From the NCBI GenBank assembly GCA_951406725.2, contig OX597839.1, positions 30,256,001 to 30,320,000 of the forward strand: 64,000 bases of DNA. Reading direction: 5' to 3'. Position 1 is the first letter of the stretch. Each line of letters opens with the position of its first letter. This DNA is from Octopus vulgaris (taxonomy: Eukaryota). The translations under genes were made by a program, and so were the position numbers. This document shows, in pieces, positions 12,710 through 26,118 of this stretch. Below the pieces are notes generated by a model. It was not told the origin of the DNA and searched no databases. It saw only the letters and a list, made by a program, of their open reading frames with translations.

Positions 12710-13877
12710 CTATCTCTCTCTCTCTCTATCTCTCTCACCTTTCAGCCTTGGCTCTATTACTATATCTTTGGTGCAGGCCTTCTCACTTACCAGAAAACCA
12801 CCACTTGTATAACATCTGTACTCTCTTCTTGTCTCTTATAACAATGACCTCTTCTCTAAACATGCCAGCCATGACCCACACGTGGACAAACTTATAATAC
12901 CCATTGTCGTCATCTTGTTTTGCTTCATATTAAGATTTAGCTGACATTTACCTTCTTGCTTGTACGTTTACAGGAGATCTTGAAACTGTGACTTCAAAAT
13001 AACATTATTTAGTGTTCTTGTTGCTTACAGCAAAGAGATTTTATCATTCATTCTGACTTTGTTTCCATATATATTTTCCCTAAAAAATATTGATGTGAAG
13101 AAATTCAAGCTGAACGAAATTTCCATCGACCTTACAAGTGTAGGTGGGCCCTACCTGCTATTTCTAGACTCTCCTATTTCTCAGATTATTTAAAAAACAA
13201 TCTCGGTGACTCATGCAAGAAAGAATTTTCTTTAATGAAATATGTTTTCAGTCAGAAGTAGAAGTATACGAGATGTTGCCGGTGGTTTGAAAGGGAAGGA
13301 ATTCTGGACCAAGATTTCAAATCAGATAACCTGTTTCTATTATGTCTGATTGTGTAATGTGGCTAGGAAAATATAGACATGATTAAAGTCCAAGAAGTTT
13401 AAAGTCAATCTGATCTTGATTGTATTCCTCTGCCCCACCTCACTATTTATATATATATATATAATATATATTTATTTTTTGCTTGTGTGGGTTTTATTAT
13501 GTAAGTATGAAAGCTGTGATGTTTTAGAGTTTTGAACTTCATACTTTCTTGAAAGATATCAATATTTGAAGGCTTTTATTTCCAAGAAGATAGACAGTTG
13601 ACATTTCTTTTGTGTTTCTGGGACAAAAGCAATATTAGTGAAACAATAATATCAGCAACAGTTTGTGTGGGTGAATGTGTACACACACACACACACATAC
13701 AAATGCTGGTGCCACGTAAAAAGCACTCAGTCCACTCTGTAAAGCGGATGGTGTTAGGAAGGGTATCCAGCTGTAAAAACCATGTCAAATCAGTATAGTT
13801 TTGCACAGTCCTCTGGTTTACTAGCTCCTGCCAAAACGTCTGACCCAGCATTGAAGGTAGTTGTTAGATGATGATGA

Positions 13878-13924
<47 letters not shown>

Positions 13925-15959
13925 AAAAATAGAAGTTAAAAAGGCATTGAGAATAGTTAAAATATATATTAATATATTTAAAGCTTTAATCAGTTTCCAC
14001 TGATTTTCAAAAAGTTGAAATAGAAAGATGTGGCTTATGTCGCAGTTGTTTTGCTTCTGACTAGTGTTTGAAGCTTGCCCTATTTTTATAGGGAGTTCGT
14101 GGCTCAAATTAGCATTTGTTTTGAATAAGGTTTGATTGGTAGCAGATAGTCACATGACTGGTCTTAGAAATGTTTGTAGGTTTCCTGCTAGATCCATGTG
14201 TTAGTATCAAGTGACAACTCATGGTCAGTGGATTTTTAATGACAATGAAAAGGTGGTTTATCAATTCAAAAATCAATGTCCTTGAAAGAATCGTACTTTC
14301 TGATTTTTTAATGCTAAAAACCTTCCTGATGACCGTCTTTTTAACCCCCCAAAATATCATAAACATTGGTTCATTCCTCTGGCCGTGAAGAGAGGACAGA
14401 CAGATGGCCATAATGCCCATTATAGTTAGATAGCAAATCTGCCCATCTATGATAGGAAATAAAGGGATGGTATCACAAATCTAAACCCTCTAAATTCACG
14501 AACTGTACGGATTGGGTGGGTGGGGGTGGAATCCAGAGTTGATCCTCGTCACTGGAATTTTAATTTAAAAAAATCCAAGATGATTTATGAATACAAAACT
14601 CAATATCCACTTAATAATCATACTTTTTCACATTTTCTTTTTTTTGCTAAAAACCTTCATGATTACCTCCTTTGTAATCATGAAAAGCATTGTAACCATT
14701 GGTCCAGCTGTTTGACCATGAAGAGGGAACAGAGAGAAAGATGGACAGACAGGCGGACATATCCATTATAGTAGGATTTCAAGATTGCTATCAACTGGAA
14801 AGAGAAAGTGAGAGAGAGAGAGTTACTAAAGTTGACCCATCTTTTAAGCTCTCTCTCTCTCTCCTAATTCTGTCAAAACATGTTAACCTAATAACCTTAT
14901 TTTTACCACAATGAAATCACTTTTTATTTTTCATTTTTGATATTCTTGGGGATAATTTTATTGAATATGTTTTTTAAGGCTCATACATATTCCATTGCTC
15001 TCTTTTGTTGAACTGCTAAGTTACAAGGATGTAAACACACAAACACTGGTTGTCAAATGGTGGACAGACAGGCAGACAAACACACACACACATGACAGGC
15101 TTCTTTCAGTTTCTGTCTACCAAATCCTTTCACAAGGCTTTGGTTGGCCTAAAGCTATAGTAGAAGATACTTACCCAAGGTACCATGCAGTGGGACTGAA
15201 CCTGGAACCATGTAGTAGGGAAAGAAGCTTCTAACCCCACAGCTTTTCGTGTGCCTGTATGATGACTATTTTTTGTGATTTTTGTAGGTTTTTATCCCAC
15301 TCTTACAAACCACCAAACTTTTTTGTCAGAAAAGAGAAATTATTTATGGAATGGAAACAATTTTCCTTTTTTTTCTTCTTTTTTTCTTTTAAATTAAAAA
15401 GAAATGTTTCTTCCTGTCTTTTGTCCCCTCTCTTCCTAATGTGGTTTCAGTTTCTGACAAATGCTACCTTTTCTCTTTAAAATAATCAGATATTTTTAGG
15501 GGTCGATAAAATAAGTACCAGTTGAACATAGAGGGTCAATCTGACTTACCCCCTCCCCTGAAACTGCTGGCCTTGTGCCAAAATTTGAAAGCAATATTAA
15601 TACATAGTAATTAAAACCTTAGTTTAATTTATTTTCAATGTCTTTTTTTTAGATAAAATATGAGAATATTTATTTATGATAAAATTATCTTACCTCTTTA
15701 ATGAGTAAATTCTTTTATATATTCATTGGTGTTGTAAATTATTTGCATGGCTGCAACCGAAAATGATGTTACTCATGGCTAAAGTCTTCACTTTGTTACT
15801 TGTTTGGTATCTGTTAGTGAATTGTTTTTAAGTAAAAGAAATTAAAAATAACATCAACATCATCGTTTAACATCCGTTTTCTGTGCTAGCAAGGTGCCAT
15901 GCAGTGGGACTGAACCCAGAACCATGGGGAAATGTCTGTCAAAATACAAAATATGATTG

Positions 15960-16630
15960 GCTGACGGCTAACACTTTCAAATGCAAAGTAATCCATGCAG
16001 CTTTGACTCTACTCAGAAACTGAGATGTGTCCTGTTACTTGCACGATTCAGATTTAGGAGTGCCAGCTCACACCATCTGGTTATGTTACTTGGGGGTTTT
16101 TTGAGTCAGAACCTACGTACTGTGTTCTTTTCACGGAGGATCTGGCTGGGTTTATGGTTCATGTTGGCCAACAACAGGCCACCTGGTCACTGCAGATGGA
16201 GAGCTATCTTGCGGAGAGGCGGACTAACTAGGACTCTACTTGATGGGTTGCCCAGGAGAACCTAGGAATATACCAACAAATGTTTACTGCAGTAACACAC
16301 TGCAACAGTGCATACCTCTTGGACCACCAAGAGCTGTAGTTAAGTTCTGATCTTTGTGGATCTTAAAACGTCTTTTGAGGCCTCCTTTAGATATTCAGAC
16401 CTTATTGCATATATGGCACTGAAAGGTGTGCACAGAATAGTTGGTGGAGGTTTGTTTCTCATGAACCTGAAAATGGGATTTGAGCCCAGCAAAAGAAAGG
16501 CATGTTCTGTCACAAACTGTGCACACAAAAAGGTCATTGAGATTCACCTTCTCGATTGCAACATTCTTTAAATCTCTCTTGAGCCTTGTATGTGTTATCC
16601 TGGCCTCCCCAAACACTTTCACTCCACACT
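15960..16630 (-). mobile_element. 3' end of an RTE/BovB-like LINE with two C-terminal C2H2 zinc fingers (disrupted)
   Basis: GVKVFGEARITHTRLKR...CTVCDRTCLSFAGLKSHFQVH...CHICNKV*ISKGGLKRRFKIH; no splice context seen. LINE assignment is inferred from the C-terminal layout. Confidence 0.65.
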
Positions 16631-17134
16631 TTTGTTTGTAATCCAACACACACACACACACTATTTCCCAATGTGTCTACTATTTGTATTTGTTATACAT
16701 CCACCATTAAGAATACCCCCTGTAGAATTATGTATAAATAAATAAAGAAATATGCATTAAAATTTAAGAAAGATATCATCTGTTAAAAGAAAGCTAAATT
16801 AGCCTGTATGAGATGTAAAAGAGCATATTTCTCTCTGATAACTATGAAATATAAAAGAGCTGATGTCATACAAATAACTAGTCTTACATATATTATAAAA
16901 ATTCAAATGTCTCCAGTGGTAACACAACTTGAACAATCATAATGATAATCTACATTGAATACATCAATTTTGTCATGCTTGAAAAATATTCAACACTCTA
17001 AATATTAATAATGTACAAATAAGAGTTGATATATGATATCACTAAGGACGAGGAAGATATGGTTACTTGTTTTCTATCTGATATAAAGAGGAGGCCTTGA
17101 ACTCTATCTACAGGATGTAGAGTAGCAACACAAC

Positions 17135-17235
17135 ACACGTACTGAAATCAACATATGCACACACACACACACACGTACTGAAATCAACATGCACATGCAC
17201 ACACACACACACGTACTGAAATCAACATGCACACG
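17135..17235. repeat. Three copies of CACGTACTGAAATCAACAT separated by (CA)n of variable length
   Basis: Read directly from the sequence. Confidence 0.85.
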
Positions 17236-17866
17236 CACACACACACGCACACAGCTGCTACTCTCCTCTTGGTCACTTATTGGACATCCATTACACCCCA
17301 CTCCCATCCTTTTCCACAACTGTCCATCATGCACAGACACACGCACTCTCATTATTCACTACCAATACTCTCTCTCTCTCTCTCTCTCTCTCATTATTCA
17401 CTACTATTACTTTCTCTCCCGCTCATTTCTCCCTCCTTTTCCATTCTGTAATCCCAATCTCGATCTGTTTCCTCTGCCCCCCCCCAATCATTAATTCATC
17501 TGCACTCATCATCATCTCTATTGATCACTGCTTTTCTGGAACAGAGATTGGGCAGTGAAGACTCTTTAGTCTTCCAGGATAGAAGGCAACCTCACTAGGA
17601 CTGGAACCACCATGAGATCTGTCCAACAGACTCTGTGAAGTGGTCGAAGAATACAAGGAGAGACTGCAAGGTTAAGAGGAAGATTGAGTTTTATTGAAGA
17701 TATGACAATTTCTCTGGGGCTGGAACCAGGATCAAAGACACCCAGTACACTTCGTAAAGTCAGGTTAAGAGAAACCTTTAGGGGAGGGGATAGGTTTATT
17801 ACATCAGCCCCAGTGTCCAACAGGTACTTGTTTTATCAACCCTGGAAGGATAATAATAATAATAAA

Positions 17867-18423
17867 TGCCCTGATGCAGTCCCAGGCAGTGGTTCTCATG
17901 GCTTCTGATCTTAACTGATTGGAAGTGTTATCATGTCCATTGTTTTGTCTTGGTATACAAGATGGGCTACAGCAAATATTCTGCTCAATACCACAGATTT
18001 GCTTGTCAGTTGTTTGACCGTAGCTAGTTGAGCATGTCCCTTAGTGGCTGACGATATGTGCATCACTGATCACGTGCAGAAGTATATGGGGGAGCATCAT
18101 AGCCATGTGTTGAGAGGAATTCTTTGGGGTTTGGATAATTCACTTTTGGAAATGTAGGTGCTTCATTCAACATCCTCAAACAACCCTTATTCAGGGACCT
18201 TTTGAGCAGGATGGGCTACTTGACCTGCAGAAAATTCTAACAGGGCCCCACCTGCAAGGTCATTCGCTATTTATCTTGGTATGAGATCACAGTGTTGTGC
18301 TCATATGGTTATGATGCATGTGCCTGGTATACCGTTATCAGACGTGTATTCGTGATGGGTATACTGGGCTTTGTATATTTTACCCCAGTGTCACTTTGAT
18401 GGCATGCACTGCTCTCTCACTCA
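17867..18423. mobile_element. Unclassified ~557-bp element with TG...CA ends inside an (AAT)n tract
   Basis: Colinear with 57208-57745 including both termini; (AAT)n on both flanks. Confidence 0.85.
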
Positions 18424-20010
18424 ATAATAATAATAATAATAACAATATGTTTCAAAGGTTTCGTAGGCCTCTATGTGCTTCACTTTAAGAAGACAAAAAA
18501 GTTCTTGAACTTACAGATTAAGGAACTGTTTAATGTGTCGACTGTTTTCAAGAATATTGCTTTCAGATTATGACATAAGGCCAGTATTTTTGGGGACGGT
18601 TTAAGTCGATTACTGGTGCTTAACTGGTACGTATTTTATTGACCCCCTAAAGGGATAAAAGGCAAATTTGACCTTGGTGGAATTTGAATTCAGAGTATAA
18701 ACATGGATGGAATGCCTCTAAGCATTTTGCCCGGCATGTGAATGAATCTGGCATCTTGCTGTTTTGAAGAATCTTAACATTTCAATGTAGTGAAACTAGC
18801 TTCAGAAACTGAAACTGGTCTGGAGGTTTGGCCCATGAGGAACTTAGCATGTTATTAAATACTGATATAAGATAATGAGGGACCCTGTAAGTGGTTGCTT
18901 AGCTTGCTAGAAATAATAACCAAGAGTCCTTCAAATCACACCTCACCATCATAAAAATGGAAACAGATAATATGATAATCAATCACCAAAAGACAGGATG
19001 GTCACAGCTGGAGTGCTCAATCAGGCTTCACCTTTGAACACAAAAACAACTTATGTTTCTTCATGATTTTGTCCCCACCTCCTCTTTTACATTTGAAATG
19101 TAAATTTTGTTTTAATCAATTCATTATGTTTAGTTCGTTTACATTTCAAATTATCGAAACATTTTCTGGCTGTGAAGAATGTGAGGCTATTAATGAAGGA
19201 ATTATTGTTTTTATTGATGAGTGGATGACTCATGTCCTGTTTGGCCACAACATCTGACACTGACCAACGAGCTACCTGTTGTTATGCTTTAGCCCTTGGT
19301 TATCTCTGATTGATCCATGATTAATATCATTCCATTGCTTTGCTTTTTTTTTTTTTTCTCTTTTTATCTCCGATTATAGTGTTTAATTTCCTTCAGTTCC
19401 TTTTAAGATGGTCAGGGATGATTTGGTCAGCAGCTCAACCAACTGACACACTCTGTTGGTTATAATAAAGAAGGTTCCAGTTGATTTGATCAGTGGAACA
19501 TCCTGCTCTTCTTGCAAGCAGCTGAGCACTTCACATCTTTAAAGGGAGATTCAGCATGACACAGGATGTGACAAGGCTGGACCCTTTGAATTACTGGTAC
19601 AACTCATTTTTACCAGCTATGGGGAGACTGGAGCAACTTTAAAGAAAGTATCTTGCTCAAGGAACCAATGACCCCCCCCCCCCACAATCAAACTCTGACT
19701 TTACAATCATAAGTTGAATACACTAACCATTAAGCTACACACCTCCACATGGCTGGCAGCTCGACAAACTCCCTTGGTTATTTAAAGAACTACAAATAAC
19801 TGAAAAATTGATGAAAATTTCCTTAATTTTCAGTTTTGCTGAATGTCTGATTTACATTGAAAATTTTAGAAATTTTAACAGGTAATTAATTTGGAATGTT
19901 TTTTTCTTCTAAAAAAGTTTCTCTGATTAAAAGAACCTCAAAATTAAGCAGAACTAATTGCTTTATGTTGATTAATTTTAAGATTATTCTACTATTTTTA
20001 AGGGCATCAT

Positions 20011-20251
20011 CATCATCATTGTTTAATGTCTGTTTTCCATGCTAGCATGGGTTGAACAGTTCAACCGGGGTCTGGGAAGCCAGGAGGCTGCACCAGGCTC
20101 CAGTCTGATCTGGCAGTGTTTCTACAGCTGGATGCCTTTGAAACACTGCCAGATCAGACTGGAGCCTGGTGCAGCCTCCTGGCTTCCCAGACCCCGGTTG
20201 AACTGTTCAACCCATGCTAGCATGGAAAACGGACATTAAACGATGATGATG
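20011..20251. repeat. 112-bp inverted repeat of RTE 3' ends with a 17-nt loop
   Basis: Arms 20011-20122 and 20140-20251 are complementary at 110 of 112 positions (checked by hand). Confidence 0.95.
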
Positions 20252-20276
20252 GCATATCAATCCTAAATTTTCCCAT

Positions 20277-20650
20277 AGGCACAGGAGCGGCTGTGTGGCA
20301 AGTAACTTGCTTACCAACCACATGGTTCCAGGTTCATTCTCCCTGCATGACACCTTAAGCAAATGTCTTCTACTATAGCCTCGGGCCGATCAAAGCCTTG
20401 TAAGTGGATTTGGTAGACAGAAACTGTACAAGGGCTGTCCTGTAACTATTTATGTGTGTGTGTGTCACAGCCTGACAACCAGTGATGGTTTTGTTTACAT
20501 CCTTGTAACTTAGTAGTTCAACAAAATGAGAGCAATGGAACAAATACCAGACTTAAACATAAGTCCTGGGGTTGATTTGTTCAACTAAAACCCTTCAAGG
20601 CAGTGCCCCAGCATGGCCACAGTCCAATGACTGAAACAAGTGAAAGAATA
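20277..20650 (+). mobile_element. tRNA-derived SINE family A (further copies near 14990-15255 -, 20695-21030 -, 28510-28670 +, 38828-39232 +, 42920-43262 +, 50590-51000 +, 51930-52290 +, 55325-55640 +)
   Basis: Head ggctgtgtggtaag...ggttcagtccc, CORE-like caccttgggcaagtgtctt, internal (GT)n, tail ...cagcatggccacagtc.aatgactgaaacaagtaaaag. Confidence 0.85.
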
Positions 20651-21251
20651 GAAGAGTACTTCAGGGTGTTTTAGAAATTTATTTTATATATACTGGTTTT
20701 CAGTCATTTGACCGTGGCCATGCTGGAGCATCACCTTGTAATTTTAGTTAAACAAATCAACCCCAATACTTATTTTTATTTAAGCCTGGTACTTATTCTA
20801 TTGGTTTCTTTTGCTGAACTGCTAGTTTACGAGGATGTAAACCCACCAACACCAGTTATCAAGCAGTGGTGGAACGCAGACACATGATGGACTTCTTTTA
20901 GTTTCCATCTACCAAATCCATTTGCAAGACTTTGGTCAGCCTGAGGCTGTAGTAGAAGATACTTGGTGCCGAGGGACTGAAACCTGGGACCATGTGGTTG
21001 TGGAGCGAGCTTCTTCCCGGCCATGCTGGCACCTCAGTTTCTAGACAGTCTTTTGACTTTTCCTCACCCCCCACCCCTCAGTGGAAAAACTACTTGTAAG
21101 CAATTACAATGATAACAATGATGATGATATTAACAGAACAATTGTGGAAACTGTTTTCTCTTTGTCCTTTTCCCTCTCATCTGACGTTCATAATTCTCCC
21201 TCATCTTTGTCTCTCACATCTTTCCCTGTTTTCTTTCTTCCATCTTTTTTT

Positions 21252-21303
<52 letters not shown>

Positions 21304-23289
21304 GTTTCATTGATTCCCTTCTACCATTGATCATTTCCATTGTCTTACATTCTAAAGCCAACACCTGCTTTAGTTTTGATGTCTTTATATCTTGAAGCAT
21401 TTGATTTCTATTGACACTATTTTCTGCTGTCAGTTGAGATCTTACAAAGTGGTTGAAATAGAAAATAACAAGAACAAAGGCCACAAATAAAAGACATTCT
21501 CCCCCCCCCCCCCATCTTTTAATGTTAATTCCTTCCTTCATTTCCATTTTCCCCGATTATTGAAAAGTGTCCTTTTGTTGTTTATTATTCTTACACATTG
21601 TTCCTGCTCGCAACAAATAGATCTGCAGTTTTAAGTGTGATACTACAGAGTAAACCTGGTGGCTCTTATTGCTGACTAAAGCTATAGACAAGATGAACAA
21701 CAACGAAGACACGGTGAAAATAAAAGACAAGAAAACAGTGATGGACTGTTGTTAGGGGCTCAGAATGTCTTGTGGTTATATGTTGCAGCTCTGTATTTTG
21801 AGTTCAATTTCTGGCCTAGCTGCTACATTTATAAACCTTCCTCAAATTTTTAAAGGTTTTTGTTTTCATAAATACTATAAAGCAATTATTGCTCAGAGTT
21901 TTAATTCTGAAAAAGTTGTTACATTTTCTTTTTTAAATTGATTGAAAGAGGAAACACTAGGGGCCATTGTTTCTTCATGGTGTCCAAGTTTTGTAGTTGT
22001 GAAAAATCTTAATAAATTAAGAATGCTGATAGATTACTCAGAAACTGTTTCATCATTTTATTCCTTTCAATGTCTATTCCTCACCATTAATTTGTCCTGT
22101 TAGGGTCATTATCAAATCCCTATTGTTGATGCTTTTGCAGTAGTTGAAAGTAATGGAAAATTCTACCAATTCTGTATCTTTTAGTATTGAAGAATGGTTT
22201 GGTTGTTTTTTCAAAGAATAATTACTAACCAAAAGATAATTGTGAATTATCCATATTAGGTGAATGGGAGGAGGGGATACAAACTTCCTTTAGAAACTCT
22301 AAAGCCAGACCCAGAAAAAAAAAGAGATCCTTCCAGCTTCTTATAATAAAAGATCATTTGAAAGGTTGTTAGGGATGTTCTCAGACTATTTTATGTCGAT
22401 TCCATGTTACTCAGATTAAACGGAGAGATACATTTTTATCATTTTTCAACAGAATCTCAAAAATATGGAAATCTTGTGGTTTTTTAAGGGTACAACACTT
22501 GAAATGGTTGATGAATCTAAAATATTTGTACTTCAAACTGATGTCTGTGAGGTGGTCATTTCTGGAATATTGATGTAAAAAAAAATCCTTGTCCTAAAGC
22601 TTATTTTTTAAAAGTCAGTAACTATTTATGAACAAAACATTCTTTGCTTGAATGGGAAGCGTTTGCTATTGTTGGTAAAGTCAGAAAGTGGAGTCATTGG
22701 TTAATTGCAAACTTATTAACTGTTCATGAAACTGTTTTATTTTCAGTAACAGATGTTCATCAAAAGTTGAAAATAATAAACTTGTTGTGTTTACCATTGT
22801 AGTTCTCTGAATACACTTTTGACAGACGGATTCTTCTGGAAGAGAAAACCTTGCTGGTTCTTTTTCAAGAATTAGTTTTGCTTCTTCAAACTTCTCTGTT
22901 TCTCCACTCCATCAACATCTTGTTTGGTTTTATCAAGATGTGGAATCCAGGAATTTCTCTTCCAATGGAGTTATATATCTCTTGTAGAAGTTCTGTCACT
23001 ATGAAGCTACAGTGTTTTTCATTGTTAATACATGTGGCTACTCAACCACTGGAAAGACAGTCTGATTGACTTCAGGGTACCAAAGGAATCAGGTGCCAAA
23101 AATAAATACATCGAGTTATGGTAGAGAAATATGCAAAGTTCACATTTGTCTATTCATATCTAGGAATCACTGCTGCCACAAGAATTAAATAAATTGTTGG
23201 CTCTGATTATTTGTGTTGACTGGAAATCCAGTCTGTCTATGCAGTGTCCATGGATGTTAATGTCTTTGGATGTCTTAAATTTATTTTCA

Positions 23290-23480
23290 TTAACTCATTA
23301 GCATTATTTATTCACATTGTTTTGAATTAATTATGCATTATCTCCTAGCTTTTAAGATTTCAATGATGTGATTATTTTTAGAATAGCATTGTAGAGTAGG
23401 TGTGATAAGCCTGATCTGGTCAGCTTCAACATTAAAGCAGGTAAAAATACTTGGGCCTGGTTTGGATGCTGAAGGGTTAA
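23290..23480. mobile_element. piggyBac-like MITE (further copies near 25630-25792, 37945-38137, 54473-54657)
   Basis: TTAA at both ends of this copy; across copies the termini read CCCTTTAGCATT...AATGCTAAAGGG; shared internal sequence. Confidence 0.7.
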
Positions 23481-23744
23481 ATTTTGAAATAGGTTGTATC
23501 TGTGGGACTCCATACCATCTGCAGGCATGAGGGTCATATGACATGAGGCTACATTCAGCTGCTTTTTTCTAGCAGGTCAAGTGTCCACATAGAAGCTCCC
23601 TTGTGCTAACAGCAGATAACTGTTCAGCTCTAATAATAAGTACTACCACCATTGATATAAAACACTTTTCTCTTGATTGTTGATGGCATTTCTTTCATTT
23701 CATGACAATATAAACAACTTGCTTGTCTTAATTCTCTATTCAAG

Positions 23745-23785
<41 letters not shown>

Positions 23786-24956
23786 TCCACATTGCAGTCT
23801 TAATTCAATGTGTGTATAGCTATACCTTTGTCTGTTTGTCTCTCCAGTGTATGTGTGTGTGTGTGTACGTGCATACACACACACACACATCCATCTACTA
23901 AGCCAAGTGAGATTAATACACACTTAGTTCTTTGTATTCTTCCTTTATGCCTTGTTGCCAGACTACAACAGTTGCTGGTCTGATATGTTAGTGACCCTAT
24001 TGGTAGCAACGCTGAACAGAAGCTGGCTTTCCTTCTTTCTAAAAAGCATAATTTTCTGCAAGCAAATGGTTCCATCCATTTTAATTATTGTGATGAGGAA
24101 GGGCAATTATCTCTCACTTGGCTACTTCATAGCAACAATAATTATTACAATCCAGTCATCGAATTGTATTTACTTCAGAGCAATAAACACAATGAAACTC
24201 TTTAAATGTCCAATCCTATTTTGATGTGAACTTATTTTACATCAGAAACTCATAATAAGGATCATTATTTAATAATAGTTTCTATATTCTGTGGGGATGA
24301 GATTGTCAGTCAAGGGAACAAATTTATTTGTATTTTTCCTTTTTATTTTTCTTTTCTTATTTATTGTTGATATTTTCTTGGTTTTCCTTAAAATCTTTTT
24401 ATCCTGGTTTCTTTGTTCTTCTTTCTTTCATTGCAATTCTTTTCTTCTGTTATTTATTTACCATCTCTTTCTTCTCATCTTCTAAGTCTCTCACACTTGT
24501 TGATAACAAAGGTTATAGTTTGCCTTTCAGCAAACAGAAATATAACCCCAGGAGGTGGTATGCATTGGCCAAAATTATTTAGAAAACTTTGTACATTTGG
24601 ATGAATTTGTAGACCAATGGGAGACAAGAATCCCGATGAGAAAAAATGTTTATAATAAAACTGAATTTAAATCTTAAATATTTATGGAGAGAGATTTTGT
24701 TTACTAAATGCAGAGATAATGTTGGTTAATGAAAGTTTCAGCCGTCTCTATTACATATGTGACCCTACCATATTTGCATTTAGTATGCAGTGCCCCCCTA
24801 CCCCCCTACCTCTCCTGAAGTATTTCTTGCTTTATTATTGAGAATACAGTCTTGAAGGATGTTCTGAGGAAGATACAAGAAGGTGGGTGGGGGTGGATGG
24901 AGGTAACCAATTAAAAAGTGCGAATGTAAGGTTAGTAGCCAGATTGGCCAGGTACA

Positions 24957-25132
24957 TACACATACACATTGATACACATACACATTGATACACATACACA
25001 TTGATACACATACACATTGATACACATACACATTGATACACATACACATTGATACACATACACATTGATACACATACACATTGATACACATACACATTGA
25101 TACACATACACATTGATACACATACACATTGA
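24957..25132. repeat. Perfect minisatellite, 11 x TACACATACACATTGA
   Basis: 176 bp, 16-bp unit, no mismatches seen. Confidence 0.95.
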
Positions 25133-26118
25133 CCTATGTTTCTCACAGTAAACTTATCCGTTGATGTGGTTTTATTTAAGGAATTACTTGATGACAGAAT
25201 CGGTAGAGCAGTGATCAAAATACTTTGCAGTTCATCGCTTTAGTTTTTAGTTTCAAATCCTGCCAACATTGATTTTGCTTTCCATTCTTCCAGGGTTGAT
25301 AAAAATCAATGATATATTGGGTTAGGCTTTTAGTCTTGAACCAAAATTCTAAGCCATTATTATGGCAGTTTTATTAGAGCAATGTGAATTTTCTGAGTTA
25401 TTTAATCAAAAAAAATGCTTGGAAAGGCCTCCAGCTGTAAACACTGACGTTGCCTGTGCTGGTGCTACATGAAATGCACTCAGTCCACTCTGCAGGGTGG
25501 TTGGTGTCAGGAAGGGCATCTGACCATGAAAAACCCTGCCAAAACAGACACAAAAGTCTGGCAACCCCCTGTCAAACCATCCAATCCATGCTAGCATGGA
25601 AGGGGGACATTAAACGATGATGATAATTGCTTTGAATCAATCATTCATTATCTTGTAGCTTTGAGATTTTGATGAGCTGTTAATTTTTAGAAAAAATAGT
25701 CGGGTTGGTGTTAGAGGACAGATCTGCCCTGGTTGAACATAAAACAGAATATTTTGACCCGGATGTTACCATTTTAAATGCTAAAGGGTTAATTTTGTCT
25801 CTGTCAATGCCAGTGGTACTTTTCCTTGTTCTGGGGTCAATAAAATAAATATGACTGATGTCAATGTAATTTGTTGTCTTCTCCCTGAAAATATCATTGT
25901 GAGGGGAGTTGATTGGCAGATGAGTGACGCATTGGCAAAATACCTGACAATATTTCTTCTAGTTCTTTATATTCTGAGTTCAAATCCCCTTGGAGTCACC
26001 TTTGCCTTTCATTCTTCTGGGGTCAATAAAGAACAGCACTGGTATTGACTAACCTTTGCCCCTAAATTCTTGGCCTTGTGCCTAAATTGGAAGCTATTAT
26101 TATTACCATTATTATTAT

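Noticed and set aside
17135-17235. Repeat-spacer pattern as a CRISPR array
   Set aside because: Eukaryotic intron, three 19-bp repeats, spacers are simple (CA)n, no cas genes.
22747-23069. Acceptor-like site followed by a short ORF as a nested or alternative exon
   Set aside because: No recognisable homology and no convincing donor; needs transcript data.
24798-25218. Cys-rich periodic ORFs
   Set aside because: Translations of the 16-bp minisatellite.
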